From the NCBI RefSeq assembly GCF_009914755.1, contig NC_060931.1: DNA of 64,000 bases; one strand, written 5' to 3'. The translations under genes and the position numbers were made by a program. The notes under the pieces are model-generated. The model worked only from the letters and a program-made list of their open reading frames with translations. It was not told the origin of the DNA and made no database searches. This DNA comes from the human T2T-CHM13v2.0 reference genome, Homo sapiens. Below, in pieces: positions 27,690 through 40,494 of this stretch (position 1 is its first letter; each line of letters begins with the position of its first letter).

Positions 27690-29000
27690 ACTTTTAAAAA
27701 CATTTAAAAGCTTTATTGAGCTATAAATGACACACAATAAACTGCATATATTTAAAGCGTACAATTTAAGAAGTTTTGACATGTATATATCTATTTATTT
27801 TCTGCTTCCTATTTCATTAGTTTCTGCTCTTTTTTTTTTATTATTCGCTCTTCTTTTCTCATTTCTTAAGGTGGACGCTTAAGTCATTGATTTGAGACCT
27901 TTCTTCTTTTCTAGTAGACATTTGGTGCTATAAATTTCCTTCTAAGTACTGCTTTAGCAGTATCCCGCAATATTTTTTAAGAGTGGCACAATCATAGTCC
28001 ACTGCAGACTTGAACTCCTGGGCTCAGGTGAGCCTTCTGTCTCAGCTTCTCCAGTAGCTAGAACTACAAGCACCTGCCGCCACACCCAGATAATTTTTTA
28101 AATTATTTTTTTAGAGATGGCATCCCACTATGTTGCCCAGGCTACTCTTGAGCTCCTGGTCTCAAGCAATCCTCCCTCCTCAGACTCCTAAATAGCTGAG
28201 ATTATAGGCATGAGCCACTGCACCCAGCTACTAATTTTGATATGTTGTGTCCTTCTTTTCAATCAATTCAAAACATTTTAAAATTTCCTCTATGGTTTAT
28301 TTTTTGACATATGGACCTTAAAGTAGTCTATATAGTTTAGAAATATTTAAGAGTTTTCCAAATATATTGTTTATAATTGATTTCTATTTTAAATCCATTG
28401 TGATAAGAGAACATACTTTGTATGATTTGAATTCTTTTAAGTTTATTAGCACCTATTTACGGCCCAGAATACGTAGTCTATCCAATACTTCATGAATCTT
28501 GAGGTTTTCCAGTCTGGCTGGTGTGACAAGCACTATTTCTATCCCAGTATTAGCACCTGCTCCCTCTAATCCTTTCAGTTGGTTCTGTTACTGGCTTTGG
28601 GTAGTTTCCTCACTTGCATGCACCCCTCAGTACTTAGCTGAATGCTCAAGGTGAACCCTCTGCAGATCTCCTAAGTTTTCTTTCTGTGAAATTCCTTTCT
28701 TTACAGTACTCTTCCTTCAGAATTCTAGCTGCCTTAGTCTTCCTGGACTCCAGTATTTTCCCGTCCATCCTGGAAAACTGCCAGGCTCTGACTTGGTGTC
28801 CCCTTTCTGTGCTATGGCCTGGAAACTCTCTCAAAGCAGTAAGCTGGGGCCATCACAGGGCTCACCTCACTTTCTTTCCTGCCTCTCAGGGATCACTGCT
28901 CTTCCTTGCCTGATTTTGCAAAGCATCTTTTCATATATTTTATCTGTTTTTGGTTGTTTCAGGCATGAGAGAGAATTTGGTCCCTGTTACTTCTTGGTAA
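27690..29000 (-). mobile_element. L1M fragments with an AluJ (~27975-28230)
   Basis: L1MD/MC-like 3' end; Alu consensus. Confidence 0.65.
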
Positions 29001-29029
29001 GTAAGGAAGTAAAGAAGAGAAAGAAAATG

Positions 29030-29560
29030 CGAGGTAGGGAGAGAGTAAGGGAGGGAGTGAAGAAGGGAAAATTCCAAAGGGAAATGAATAGTGCTCTCAA
29101 AAAGAAGCAAATAGTTCAGTGTAGCTGAATTGAAGAACACATTTAAGGACATGGAGAGAGATAACCTGGAAATATAAGTGACAGAGAGGTCCTGAAAAAC
29201 CTTGAATATGATGCTAAAAGGTTTGCCCTTTATCTTAAAGAATATGGAGGGCCCTTAACGCATTTGAAGGAGGAAAATAATTGGATCAGAATTACTGTAA
29301 CTCCACAGTACTGGGCAGATAAAGATTGGAGAAGAGGAGGCCAATTTGGAAGCCAGGTGCAATGACAGTCTCAGGGTGGAGAGGAACAGGAAGAAGTAAG
29401 ATAGACCAGACCCACTGAGCAATTGGATATGAGGAGTGAGGGAGATGAAAGGTTCAGGGATGTTTCTCAGAGGCCAGCTGCAGTCATTGGCTGGGTGACT
29501 GTGCCATTCACAGAGAGATGGAATACAGGGACTCCTGGTGTACAGTGGAGGTGGAGAGTG
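29030..29560 (-). mobile_element. L2 fragment
   Basis: Purine-rich L2 ORF2-like motifs. Confidence 0.55.
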
Positions 29561-30981
29561 AGACAAGACATATGTAATAGACTTGGCCTCTAATCTTTAG
29601 TATAAGGAAAGCTAAGATAATGCTCCAAAATTTGAAGAAGCACAATTTTAGTCAATCTCACTGTGTTTGTCAACCTTTTCTAATAGTAAAACACATAATA
29701 CCTCAGAGGCAAAGTCTATACCAATTCCAATATTTATTTCTTAGAAGATTAAAGATGAGATAATTACTTAAAGGCAAGAGTTGTTTTTGTTTTGTTTCAT
29801 TTTCCAGCAGGGAGATGTTCTGTTTTTTGTTTTCTTTCCTTTTTTTTTTTTTTTTTTTAAAACCGCTGAAGGCAAGTCTCAGCAGTGATTTATTCTTAAC
29901 GGAATCAGTTTGAGAAAAATCCCAAGTTGCAGATACTGGCAAACCATAGCACTCCTTATTAAGACGTACAAAAAAAAAGTATCCAAATGATACTTTGGCA
30001 TAATACCAACAGATATGCCAAGAAGGAAATAACTGGAACATTCCATTAGCATTTACAAATAATGTCAAGAAACTGAGTGTGAAGTTTAAGGGCAAATTTG
30101 AAGGGTGGTGAAAATAAAATTTAAGCTTCTAGTCGATTTCAGAGAAAAATAGAGAAAGTCTTTGCTGTTTATGCAATCCACAAGTCTCAATTTACTTATT
30201 GATTTAGAATTCTGACTATGTAATTTCTCAGTTTTGTTCTACTGCCAAACTAGAGGGATATTTTGTCTTTTATTGACGTGGAAACCATCTGAGGTGGAAT
30301 CCATAAGAGTATAAGAATTAGAAGAAGGAACATTCTGGTTTGTTCTTCTCCCCCACTTTAGTCACCAAAAACATCCTTACAAGCCAGAGGGCACGCTCAG
30401 AATTAGAGGATAGGATGGTAAAAGAGCCATGGAAACAGGAGAAGCTGCAGCAGCAGCCAGAATGAGAAAGGATATATTGACTGTCTTACAATAATAACAC
30501 AATTATTATGATTGGCTTTACAAGGTCAGAGTAGGAGGCCAGAAGCCACAGAAGACATCCAGCTCCAATTACAGCAACGGAAGGCAGTGTTGTCTAAGAA
30601 TGAGCTGCCCTTGGCAGAGATAATAACCTTCCTGAAACCCCAAGAATGCCCAGTTGCTTGGGGTGTTTGTCTAAAGGTTACAATAGCAATAGAGGGGACA
30701 TAGGATTGGAAGACTCTAAGATTTCTTGGTAATTCTAAGAGCCCATATTTTCTTAACTTGATTAAAACAGGCTTTAGGGATTCCTAATTTTTGGAGTCTG
30801 ATGTGACTTTAAATGAATTAGTTCATTTAAATGAAAGATTTTTTCAAAAATTACTAATTTATGTAAAATGATGAGTACGTATAGACATTAAATCAGTCCA
30901 ATATTTTAAAAATTAAAAAAACAAAATGTCATGTGTGTGTGTATGTGTGTGTATGAGTGAGTGTGACATATGACTTGGGGC

Positions 30982-31252
30982 TATAAACCAAAAATAAAAT
31001 TCCAAGGCCCCCCTCTACCATCTGAATGGACCCTCCTCTCAGTCAAGGGCATTCCAAAGTTAACCTGAAAAACTAGTTCAGGCCATCATGGGAAGAAGGA
31101 GCCATACTTGTCTCATTCTACTCTCTTTCCTTTTGGAATTACTGATAGAACACACTCTTTAAGTCTGAAAGGAAATATTTACAATCTATTCTCTCTGAAG
31201 CCTGCTACCTGGAGACTTCATCTGCATGACAAAACCTTGGTCTCCACAACCC
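30982..31252 (+). mobile_element. MER4-family LTR, 5' part
   Basis: taaaccaaaaataaaattccaaggcccc...gaagcctgctacctggag. Confidence 0.75.
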
Positions 31253-31508
31253 TCACTCATTGATATATCCCTTCTCTCTTAGTCTCCTTTTAAACTAGTG
31301 TGGGTTGTTTTTTGGTTTGTTTGTTTTCTGATCTTTTTCTATTCCCGTCTTGCAAGTAGCTCATTATTTCTGTAATGACTTTTATACAATGAGTTCAATT
31401 TTTAATTTATTGAGTTCTTCTTAAATGTAAGGAACTAGGGATACAAAGATAAACAAGGCATGTCTTCGCTCCTAAGTAGCTCAAAGAGCAGGCAGAGGAC
31501 ACAGCTGT

Positions 31509-32004
31509 TGTGGCAGATTGAATAATGGCCCCAGAGATGTCTGCTCCCCAATCTCTCCTGTATATATGCTACCTTACATGGCAAAAGGGACTTTGTAGAT
31601 GTAACTAAACTGAAGGACTTTGAGGTAGCAAGATTATTCTGGATTATTCAGGTGAGCCCAATCTAATCACATGAGTCCTTAAAAGGAGAAAATCTTTTCC
31701 AGCTCTGCTCAGAAAACCAGAAGGATGGCAGAATGTGAAGGACCCAACATGCTGTTGCTGGCTTTAAAAATAGAGGAACTATGAGCCAAGGAATGTGGGT
31801 GGCCTTTAGATGTTGGAAAAGACAAGGAAATGAATTATCCCTCAGATCCTCCAGAAGAAACACAGCCCTATGGACACTTTGATTTTAGCCCAGTGAGACC
31901 TTCATCAGACTTCTGACCTACAAAATTATAACATAACACATTGTTGTTGTTTAAGCCACCAAATCTGTAGTAATTTGTTATAGCAGCAAAAGGAAATTAA
32001 TGCA
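31509..32004 (+). mobile_element. MLT1D-like MaLR LTR
   Basis: TG..CA ends; near-TSD GCTGT/GATGT. Confidence 0.85.
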
Positions 32005-32109
32005 GATGTGCCTCAACTAAGAGCAAAGTAGCTCAGCCTGACGTCAGTGTGCAGAATGGAGGCATAAGCCAAGGGCTTTGGGTCCTTAGTGTTGGGAGTG
32101 AGTGGACCA

Positions 32110-32780
32110 CGTAAGGGAAAGGAAAAAAATCTCGGGACCTCCCCAAATTCTTATGCAAAAGGAAAGGTGAAGCCTGGGGCTGAGTCACTGTATTACTCTC
32201 TTCCAAATGAATAGCTGTTACATTGTGCATCAGCCAGATCTCCATGGAAAAGTAAAAGGCATTAGGCACCTGGAGAGCACTGCCCCCAACAGATCATTCA
32301 TAGGTAAATCCTTTCCTGGCCTCCCACAAACAAGGACATGCCAGTTGTAACTATAGGTCTACAATCCAAGTCTAGTTCCTAAACTGAAGTCTGTTCAATT
32401 CCACACTGATAACGTTGATTACAAGTTTATCTTCCCAGGTGCAGAACAAAGACAAGAGATCAATCTTTCCTCCACCTACCCAGAGACATCTACATAATTG
32501 GCTCTTGCTTCACTCTCTTTTTCTCTTCAGACCTTCAACTTGTCTTGTGTAAAATGTAGATCTACTGGGCACTAATGAAAGACACACAGGAATATAACTA
32601 TTTGCCTTTCTGCCTAGCTGCCCCTCTTCCTGCATGCCTTCCCCACTTTACAGAAATGTATAAATACTAAACCTTCTGAAAGCCTCTTCAAATGGGTGTT
32701 TTCCCTGGATTTGCCCTAAAGTTGGCTTAATAAACCTCGATCATTGAGACCTGTGCCTCAGCCACTCATTTTGGTTGCCA
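32110..32780 (+). mobile_element. ERV1 MER4-group solo LTR
   Basis: gaaaggaaaa..tctcgggacc 5' end, TATA (gtataaata) and AATAAA. Confidence 0.65.
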
Positions 32781-33212
32781 CTCAATTGGTAGAGATGAGA
32801 GGGTACCACAAAGAAAGAGGCCTTCAGGTTGTCCTTGCAGTATTAAGATGTGGTCAGTCAGGGAAGAAGGAGAAGGACACTGCAGACAAAGGGACAAACA
32901 CCCAAGTCAACATTTACAACATGCTTCCATATCAGTTTTCTATGTGGGCAAAATTGTGAAAAGCTTGAACAAGAAATGTAAGTACTTTTTCTCCCGTCAA
33001 AATAGCAGCCTAGATACTCTAAAGGGTCCTTCTACTTTCCAACAACAATATAGTGACTGATACCTATGTTTTAATGCACTGTGGGCATCCAGGAAATGAG
33101 AAAATACCCATAGCTCTCCATCCTACAACAAAAAATATGGTAAAGGCTATTTCTATAACTCATACCCATTTTCATGCGGAGGACAACTAAAGAAGATAAA
33201 GGAGAAAAAAAA

Positions 33213-33476
33213 ATTTTTTTTTTTGAGATGGGGTCTTGGTGTCACTCTGACTGCAACCTTGACCTCTTGGACTCAAGTGATCCTCCCACCTCAGGCTCCC
33301 AAGTAGCTGGGACTACAGGCACCCATCATGATGTATGGCTAATTTTTTAAATTTTTTGTAGAGATGGAGTTTTCCCATGTTGCCCAGGCTGGTCTGAAAC
33401 TTCTGGGCTCAAGCGATCTGCCCACCTTAACCTCCCAAAGTGCTGCGATTACAGGCATGAGCCACCGCACCTGGCC
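33213..33476 (-). mobile_element. AluJ
   Basis: Alu consensus. Confidence 0.85.
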
Positions 33477-33512
33477 AAAAAAAATTTATTTTAAGCACCT
33501 AGAAATTACCAA

Positions 33513-34064
33513 TGTTACTGGAAAAGGGGTGTCAACCCAGACCACAGGAGCAGGTTCACAGATTGTGTGCAGTAAAGAATTCAGGGCAAGTATCAAAGTA
33601 TAGTGAAATTAAGATAGTTTATTAGAGGCTACTCTTATTACAGAGTAGGGTGTCCTCAAAAAGCAACAGGAGGAACGCCCCTACCTAAAACTTAATACTT
33701 GCTTATATAGGGTATTAGAGCTAAAAATAATGTGCTTTATTATAAAGGCTTGTGATCAGCTTGTGACAGGCTATTAGTATTGTTATTCTCTTCTGCAACT
33801 ATTGATTTCAGCAAGAATCTATGAGTATATTATTATTTCTAATGTGAAACTCTAAAACTAAGAATGCTTTTTGTTCTTAAAATATTGGGACACTTCCATA
33901 ACTTCTGAGTCTTACTTAATTAATTAGCACCATTAACTTGTTCCCTTAACCATAAATATCTTGTGACCAAGAGTACCTGACTTCCTGGGAATGTAACCCA
34001 GCAGGTTTGGCTTTATGCAGCCGTTATTCAAGGTGGAGTCACTCTGGTTTGGATGCCTCTGACA
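33513..34064 (-). mobile_element. MER41-family ERV1 solo LTR
   Basis: Minus strand starts TGTCAGAGGCATCCAAACCAGAGTGACTCCACCTTGAATA; perfect TSD CCAA. Confidence 0.85.
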
Positions 34065-34229
34065 CCAAAGAGCTAATAGGCTCCTAAGAAGTTACCTGGC
34101 ACGAAGATGGTTATCTAGTGAGGTGGAGCCAGCACTCAGAGTCACTTTTGTCCTAAGGACATTTCTCACCCAAGAAAGATGACTGAGATGCTGACAGGCT
34201 GAGCGGAATAAAGAAGGAACAAAAGTGCC

Positions 34230-35660
34230 AGCCACAAAAGGAAAGATGGGTAAATTGGACTGCATTAAAATTGAGTTTGTTAAAATAAGAAAAAAGTAAA
34301 AAGACAAACTATGAAGATATTAGCAACACAAATAATTAGCAAAGAATTATATTTCAGATACATAGGAATTCCAAGAACTCAATAAGGAAAAGACAAACAA
34401 TCCAATAAAGAAAATCTTTCCTAATTATAAACAGGTATTTCACAGAAGCAGCAGCACAGAGGGTAAATAAACATGGTAAGGTGTCACCAGAGAAACGTAA
34501 ATAAAAATAATATACTGGCCAGACACAGTGGCTCACACCCCAAACACTTTGGGAGGCTGAGGCTCATGGATCACTTGAGGCCAGGAGTTCAAGACCAGCC
34601 CGGACAACATGGCAAAACCCCACTCCTACTAAAAATACAAAAGTTAGCTTGGCATGGTGGCAGGCGGCTGTAGTCCTAGCTACTCAGGAGGCTGAGGTGA
34701 GAGGATCACTTGAGTCCGGGAGGTGGAGGTTGCAGTGAGCTGAGATTGTACCACTGCAACACTCTGGGCAACAGAGCAACACTCCATCTCAAAAACAAAT
34801 ATAAAATAAAATAAGATACCATTTTATACCTATACTAGCAAAATAAAGAAATCTGATAATACTAAATGTTGATAAGAATATCAAGCAATGGGAACTTTTA
34901 TATGCAACTGGTGGGAATTTATAATAAATTGGCTCAGACACTTCAGGAAACAAATGGGTATGATATACTACTTTTGAATGTTTACATACTCTGCAACCCA
35001 GAAATCCTACTTTTGGGGAATATACCCCAGAAAAACACTGATGTGTGTGTACCAAGAGACATGAATAAGAGCATTCACAGCAACAGTGGCAGAATACTGA
35101 GGAAAATGAAATAGGAGAACTTAACTGATCATAGATGAGGCATATTGTGGTATATTCACACAAATATACAACCGTGGAAGTAAATGAACATGTATGAATT
35201 ATAATGCAATAATCTAGTGAGTTGTAGAGAATTACAAATTATGATGGAAGTTTTTTAAAGCTCAAAAAAGCTAAATAATAAATTATCTAGAGTACATTTA
35301 TATATCATAAAATATATGGATTAGTTATACCATTGAATGAAAATAGTTGCAGAAGACTAGCGTATGACACCATTGACACCATTTTTGTAAAACTGTAAAA
35401 TAAGCAAGGCTAAATATTTATTGTTTGGCAACACATAGAGATATATAGAGTTTTACATGTAAAATTACCTATAAATGTCAACAGCACATTGACATGGTAA
35501 ATACGAAGTTCAAAATGGGATATCCCTGGCATGGAATAGAGAGCTGGGATGGCGGAGGGCCACACGGGAAGCTGCAATAGAATTTTTGATGTTTGCTTCA
35601 TTCTCTAGGTGATGTGTTCACTGGTGTTCATCTTATCATGTTTTTAAATTGACAAGCATG
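34230..35660 (+). mobile_element. L1ME-like fragment with an AluJ (~34517-34795, +)
   Basis: Degenerate L1 ORF2 3' region; Alu consensus. Confidence 0.7.
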
Positions 35661-35662
35661 TT

Positions 35663-36029
35663 ACATATACACCACAGAATACTATGCAGCCATAAAAAAT
35701 GATGAGTTCATGTCCTTTGTAGGGGCATGGATGAAGCTGGAAACCATCATTCTCAGCAAACTGTCACAAGGACAAAAAACCAAACACCGCATGTTCTCAC
35801 TCATAGGTGGGAGTTGAACAATGAGAACACATGGACACAGGAAGGGGAACATCACACACCAGGGCCTGTTGTGGGGTGGCGGGGGAGTGGGGAGGGATAG
35901 CATTAGGAAATATACCTAATGTTAAATGACGAGTTAATGGGTGCAGCACACCAACATGGCACATGAATACATATGTAACAAATCTGTACTTTGTGCACAT
36001 GTACCCTAAAACTTAAAGTATAATAAAAA
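35663..36029 (+). mobile_element. Young L1PA (PA4-like) 3' end
   Basis: Near-consensus 3'UTR and A tail; TSD aaattgacaa[g/a]catgtt. Confidence 0.9.
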
Positions 36030-36187
36030 AAATTGACAAACATGTTGCATTATCTTTTGTAGTATCAAATATTACATAATACAATTTTAATTAAATAAAA
36101 AAATTATACATATCATTATTTCTGCCAAGATGGCTATTCTTCCATCTCCTTCTTCCGTGAGTGCTCTTTTTTGCACTGTTGAATTGA

Positions 36188-36547
<360 letters not shown>

Positions 36548-36557
36548 TAAAATATGT

Positions 36558-36929
<372 letters not shown>

Positions 36930-37014
36930 TTATAAAATGACAGAGTCAATTCTCCGTTACTCTCCATTACTCGCATTTCAATTTGGTGGCTCACTTTTCA
37001 GTGTGAATCCTGTC

Positions 37015-37123
37015 TTTAATACACACTGTTCAAGAGTGGATGCCAACTTCAAGTGGTTCCTGGCTGTCAAGGGCCTTCCCATTCCACTCCATAAAATGGA
37101 AGGGCCCACTGACATATTTTAAT
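37015..37123 (-). terminator. COL28A1: Candidate COL28A1 polyadenylation signals (ATTAAA at 37118-37123 and 37015-37020)
   Basis: Nearest common hexamers I found 3' of the stop; usage not shown. Confidence 0.35.
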
Positions 37124-37519
37124 GGAAGGGTATAAAAACCTTCTTTGTTTTAACATACATTAAACACTTGTTACCAAACATGTTGGAGGAATACAAAGTG
37201 ACAGTCTGTGATACATTTAAGTAATTGTAATTCAGATTGGTTTCTCCCTATTACCACTTTCAGGGCAAGTGAGGCAAAAATCTAACTACCCTCACCATCC
37301 CGACTCCTATCCCAGCACTCCTGCGTAAACATTTACATCATTTCTAATTCTCACACCGAAGTCCTTCCTATCACCTACATCTTGCTACTGTGAGGGACAT
37401 AAGGAGGTTAGGGAGGTGAGTGGGTGGAGGTATGGGCAGGGACAGGGGTAGGGGTTTGAGCTGACATAGTACATACAACAGGAATTAAAGGAATCAGAAT
37501 CACATTGCAGGTTGTGAAG

Positions 37520-37720
37520 TAGATAGAGTCTGTGTATTGAAGTTACACAGCTCTAAGTCTAAATCCTCAGCTCTGAAACTTTTTAGTTGGGTGACAGTTG
37601 ACAAGTTACTAAACTTCTCAGAGCCTCAGCTTTCTTACCTATATAAGTGGTTAATAATATGTACATCCTAGGGCTGTAGTGAGAATTCAATTACATGTAT
37701 AAGTTGTAAATACTCAGTAT
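37520..37720 (+). mobile_element. MIR in the COL28A1 3'UTR region
   Basis: aaatcctcagctctg..caagttactaaacttctcagagcctcag MIR core. Confidence 0.7.
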
Positions 37721-37811
37721 ACACTCAAATATAGTGCTGTATTTGTATTGGGTGAATATGTGGAAATTAGGGAGTTCTATGCTTTTGATAGAGACAGGCC
37801 AATTTACTTGC

Positions 37812-37984
37812 TCATCCTTGAATGCAGGTTTCTTGACATTCCTTTTCACTGTTGAATCTATTTCCTGAGCCATTACAGCCACTGAACCAAAATCGGGCAC
37901 AAGAGTTGACCTGTTTGTCATAATACCATCGAACCACATATTCACCACAGTTTCCAGGCTTCAAGGCTTCCAAACATCTAGGAT
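37812..37984 (-). CDS. COL28A1: COL28A1 terminal coding exon, Kunitz/BPTI domain: (D)[21 protein letters not shown]...CQETCIQG*
   Basis: Acceptor cttttctcactctag; six Cys in Kunitz spacing; TGA at 37812-37814. Confidence 0.97.
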
Positions 37985-39567
37985 CTAGAGTGAGAAAAGG
38001 AAAATGTGTCACGGATTTTTCTTATACTGAAGACATGAAAAATAAAAACTGTATAAAGTTATATAAATAAACTTTATTCTTCATGCACACTAACAAACCA
38101 AGAAAATATGGTTCTAAGTAAGTGAAAGAAGGATTCCCTAAAACCCAAAATATTTCCCTCACCACCTGAAACTCTGCTACTAGATATTAATTCTTTTGAA
38201 AACATGAAAGTTTTTGATCCTCATGAAACCACATTAAAAATGTTTATTTCCCTGAAAGCCTAAGTGAGACTTCATTGGCTAATACTTTTGTGGGGATTAG
38301 AAAGACAGGACTTCTTTCATTTACACTGGATTTGATTTACAATCAAATTAATATTTGGAATAAAAAATATTTCCACTTTCTGTACACATTTCCTCCCATT
38401 CTGTTCACAGAAGGCACCACTATGATCACATGCAATTGCCCACTATCAAAGGAAAACTCTTTAAGTTACAAAAAAAAAAAAGTAAAATGAAGGACTGTCT
38501 TTATATTACAATTATAGTTTTAAAAGAGCAGCTCTTGCAGGACACTAAAAACGTGATACAACTTTCTAACGTCATATTGTCTTATCGTAGAAATACACCT
38601 ACTATAAGAAAGCATAGGACAGCTGTAACAATAAAGCCACATTGTCCTAATAAGGTTCCTTTAATTATGGAACTCCTCATTTGCTAAATCCCTTTTTATT
38701 GTTTGGTACTCTGGAGTGCCTTGATTAGTATTTCCTACTTCAGGAAGTGATGCCAAGGTGGGAGAAGCCAAAAAACACACAAAAAATCCCCAAATAGATA
38801 ATTGCTATCTGGGACTTATATGTGATAAACTTTATTTTGCAATAGCTAAACCAGCACTTTCTCTTCCTTAAACATTTTCCCAGATTTGGGGTATGGCTCG
38901 GTTCATTTATTTTCTCAAACTTACCTCTAAATCTACCTCTACTATGAAGACTCCCTAGACCAAATGGAAATGAGCCATAGATTTCTACTACCTCTGCCCT
39001 TAAAAACAAAACCAAATAATATATATTGTGTAATTCATTTTAAAGATAATCTAAACTTTTGAGCACAAAAATTGTCTCTCATGTTCTGCAGAAAATATGT
39101 ACATAATAATACATTTTCTATAGATATTAACTCCATAGAAAATATGTTAATGAATCAGAATCTAGATTTTCGCTTGTTTCTCTTTCCTGTGCAATAAAAG
39201 GATCACAAATTCAAATGCCTACATGTGTGAAGGGCACATGTAAGACAATAGGGAGCAGTACGGACTACGGTAAACAGGAGAATGCAATCCCCTCTAAAGG
39301 CATTCAAATTAAAATAATAAATAAGAACTTTGAAATTCTTCATAGACCAAATTTACTCCACAGTTTTCAAATTCTACATATAGTCCAGTGAAAACTATAT
39401 TTTGTCCTGCTTGTTTAGAATCATAACATTTTCTCTCTGGGTAACCCTGTGCCTTCCTCACATTGTAGATACAGTAGCAGATTGGCAGATCTCTCTTTCC
39501 TTTGTGCACCAAATCTGTGCACAAGACTGTAGAATCAAAATGGGACTTGGAGTTCTGGTTTACCTAC

Positions 39568-39706
39568 CCTCTGCCCCATCCACAGGGGTGCTGAGCAGTG
39601 GCCTGGGGGTGGTGGTGGCCTCAGATGAGGTAGTGGCAGGCAGATCATCAGCCCACGTTGGCTCTGGAGCCTTATCATCTTCATCCTGGTCTCTGGTGAC
39701 ACTCAA
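39568..39706 (-). CDS. COL28A1: COL28A1 acidic/Thr-Pro-rich linker exon (139 nt, ~exon 34): [11 protein letters not shown]...STPVDGAE
   Basis: Acceptor tttttgtgtag, donor AGG|gtaggt, phase 0/1; in frame with both neighbours. Confidence 0.93.
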
Positions 39707-40494
39707 CTACACAAAAATATTCACATTTTGTGTTTCTGATAATATCAAGTAAAAAAAATACTAGTTTGCTTTTGGGAACATATAAAGACTAGTTCAGCCA
39801 TGCTGTGTTTCCCTAGCTCTCTGATACTAACTATTTCAAATAAAACTCAGGAAATAATGCCCCTCCTCTGTGTCATGCATCCCTCAATACCCAAGTTGTG
39901 GATTTTCCCACCACTTGGTGTGGGTGTATTTCTGTGTACACACACATATACACACATACACACACACACGCAGCCCACCTCCAGGCACAGATTTTTGGGT
40001 GCTGGGACATCCAAAGCAGATGTGAAAGATGCAAAGTTGAGAGGAGTTTATTTTCATTCTTAGCCACTGCTATGAGAAAATAACCACTCATTTCTTTAAC
40101 ATTTTTATGGCCTTTCTCCATTTCCTAACACTAGACATCTTAACAATATATTCCAAAATATTTACCATGAACTCAGTCAATTTTGAGATTGGGAATTAGG
40201 GTAGCAGAAGACAATAATACAGCTGAAATAAAAACAATAGTGGCCACTTTTTGATTGCTTACCCAAATCTCAGCTGCAGACACCTTTGCCTGCTCTATTA
40301 TCAGACCCCAGCTAATACCAAATGCTGTAGGATGCTTAACATATAAGATGCTCTAAGAAATGTTTGATATCTAAAGAACAAAGGATTTTTGTTTCAAAAG
40401 CAAATTTTCTGGACTAAAATTTCCAAGTTTCATCCAAATTTATGATATATAACGAAACAAGAAAGGCATTTTACTTTTTTTTAAAAAATAGTGC

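Noticed and set aside
39402-39752. 116-aa plus-strand ORF
   Set aside because: Overlaps exon 34 antisense; no independent support
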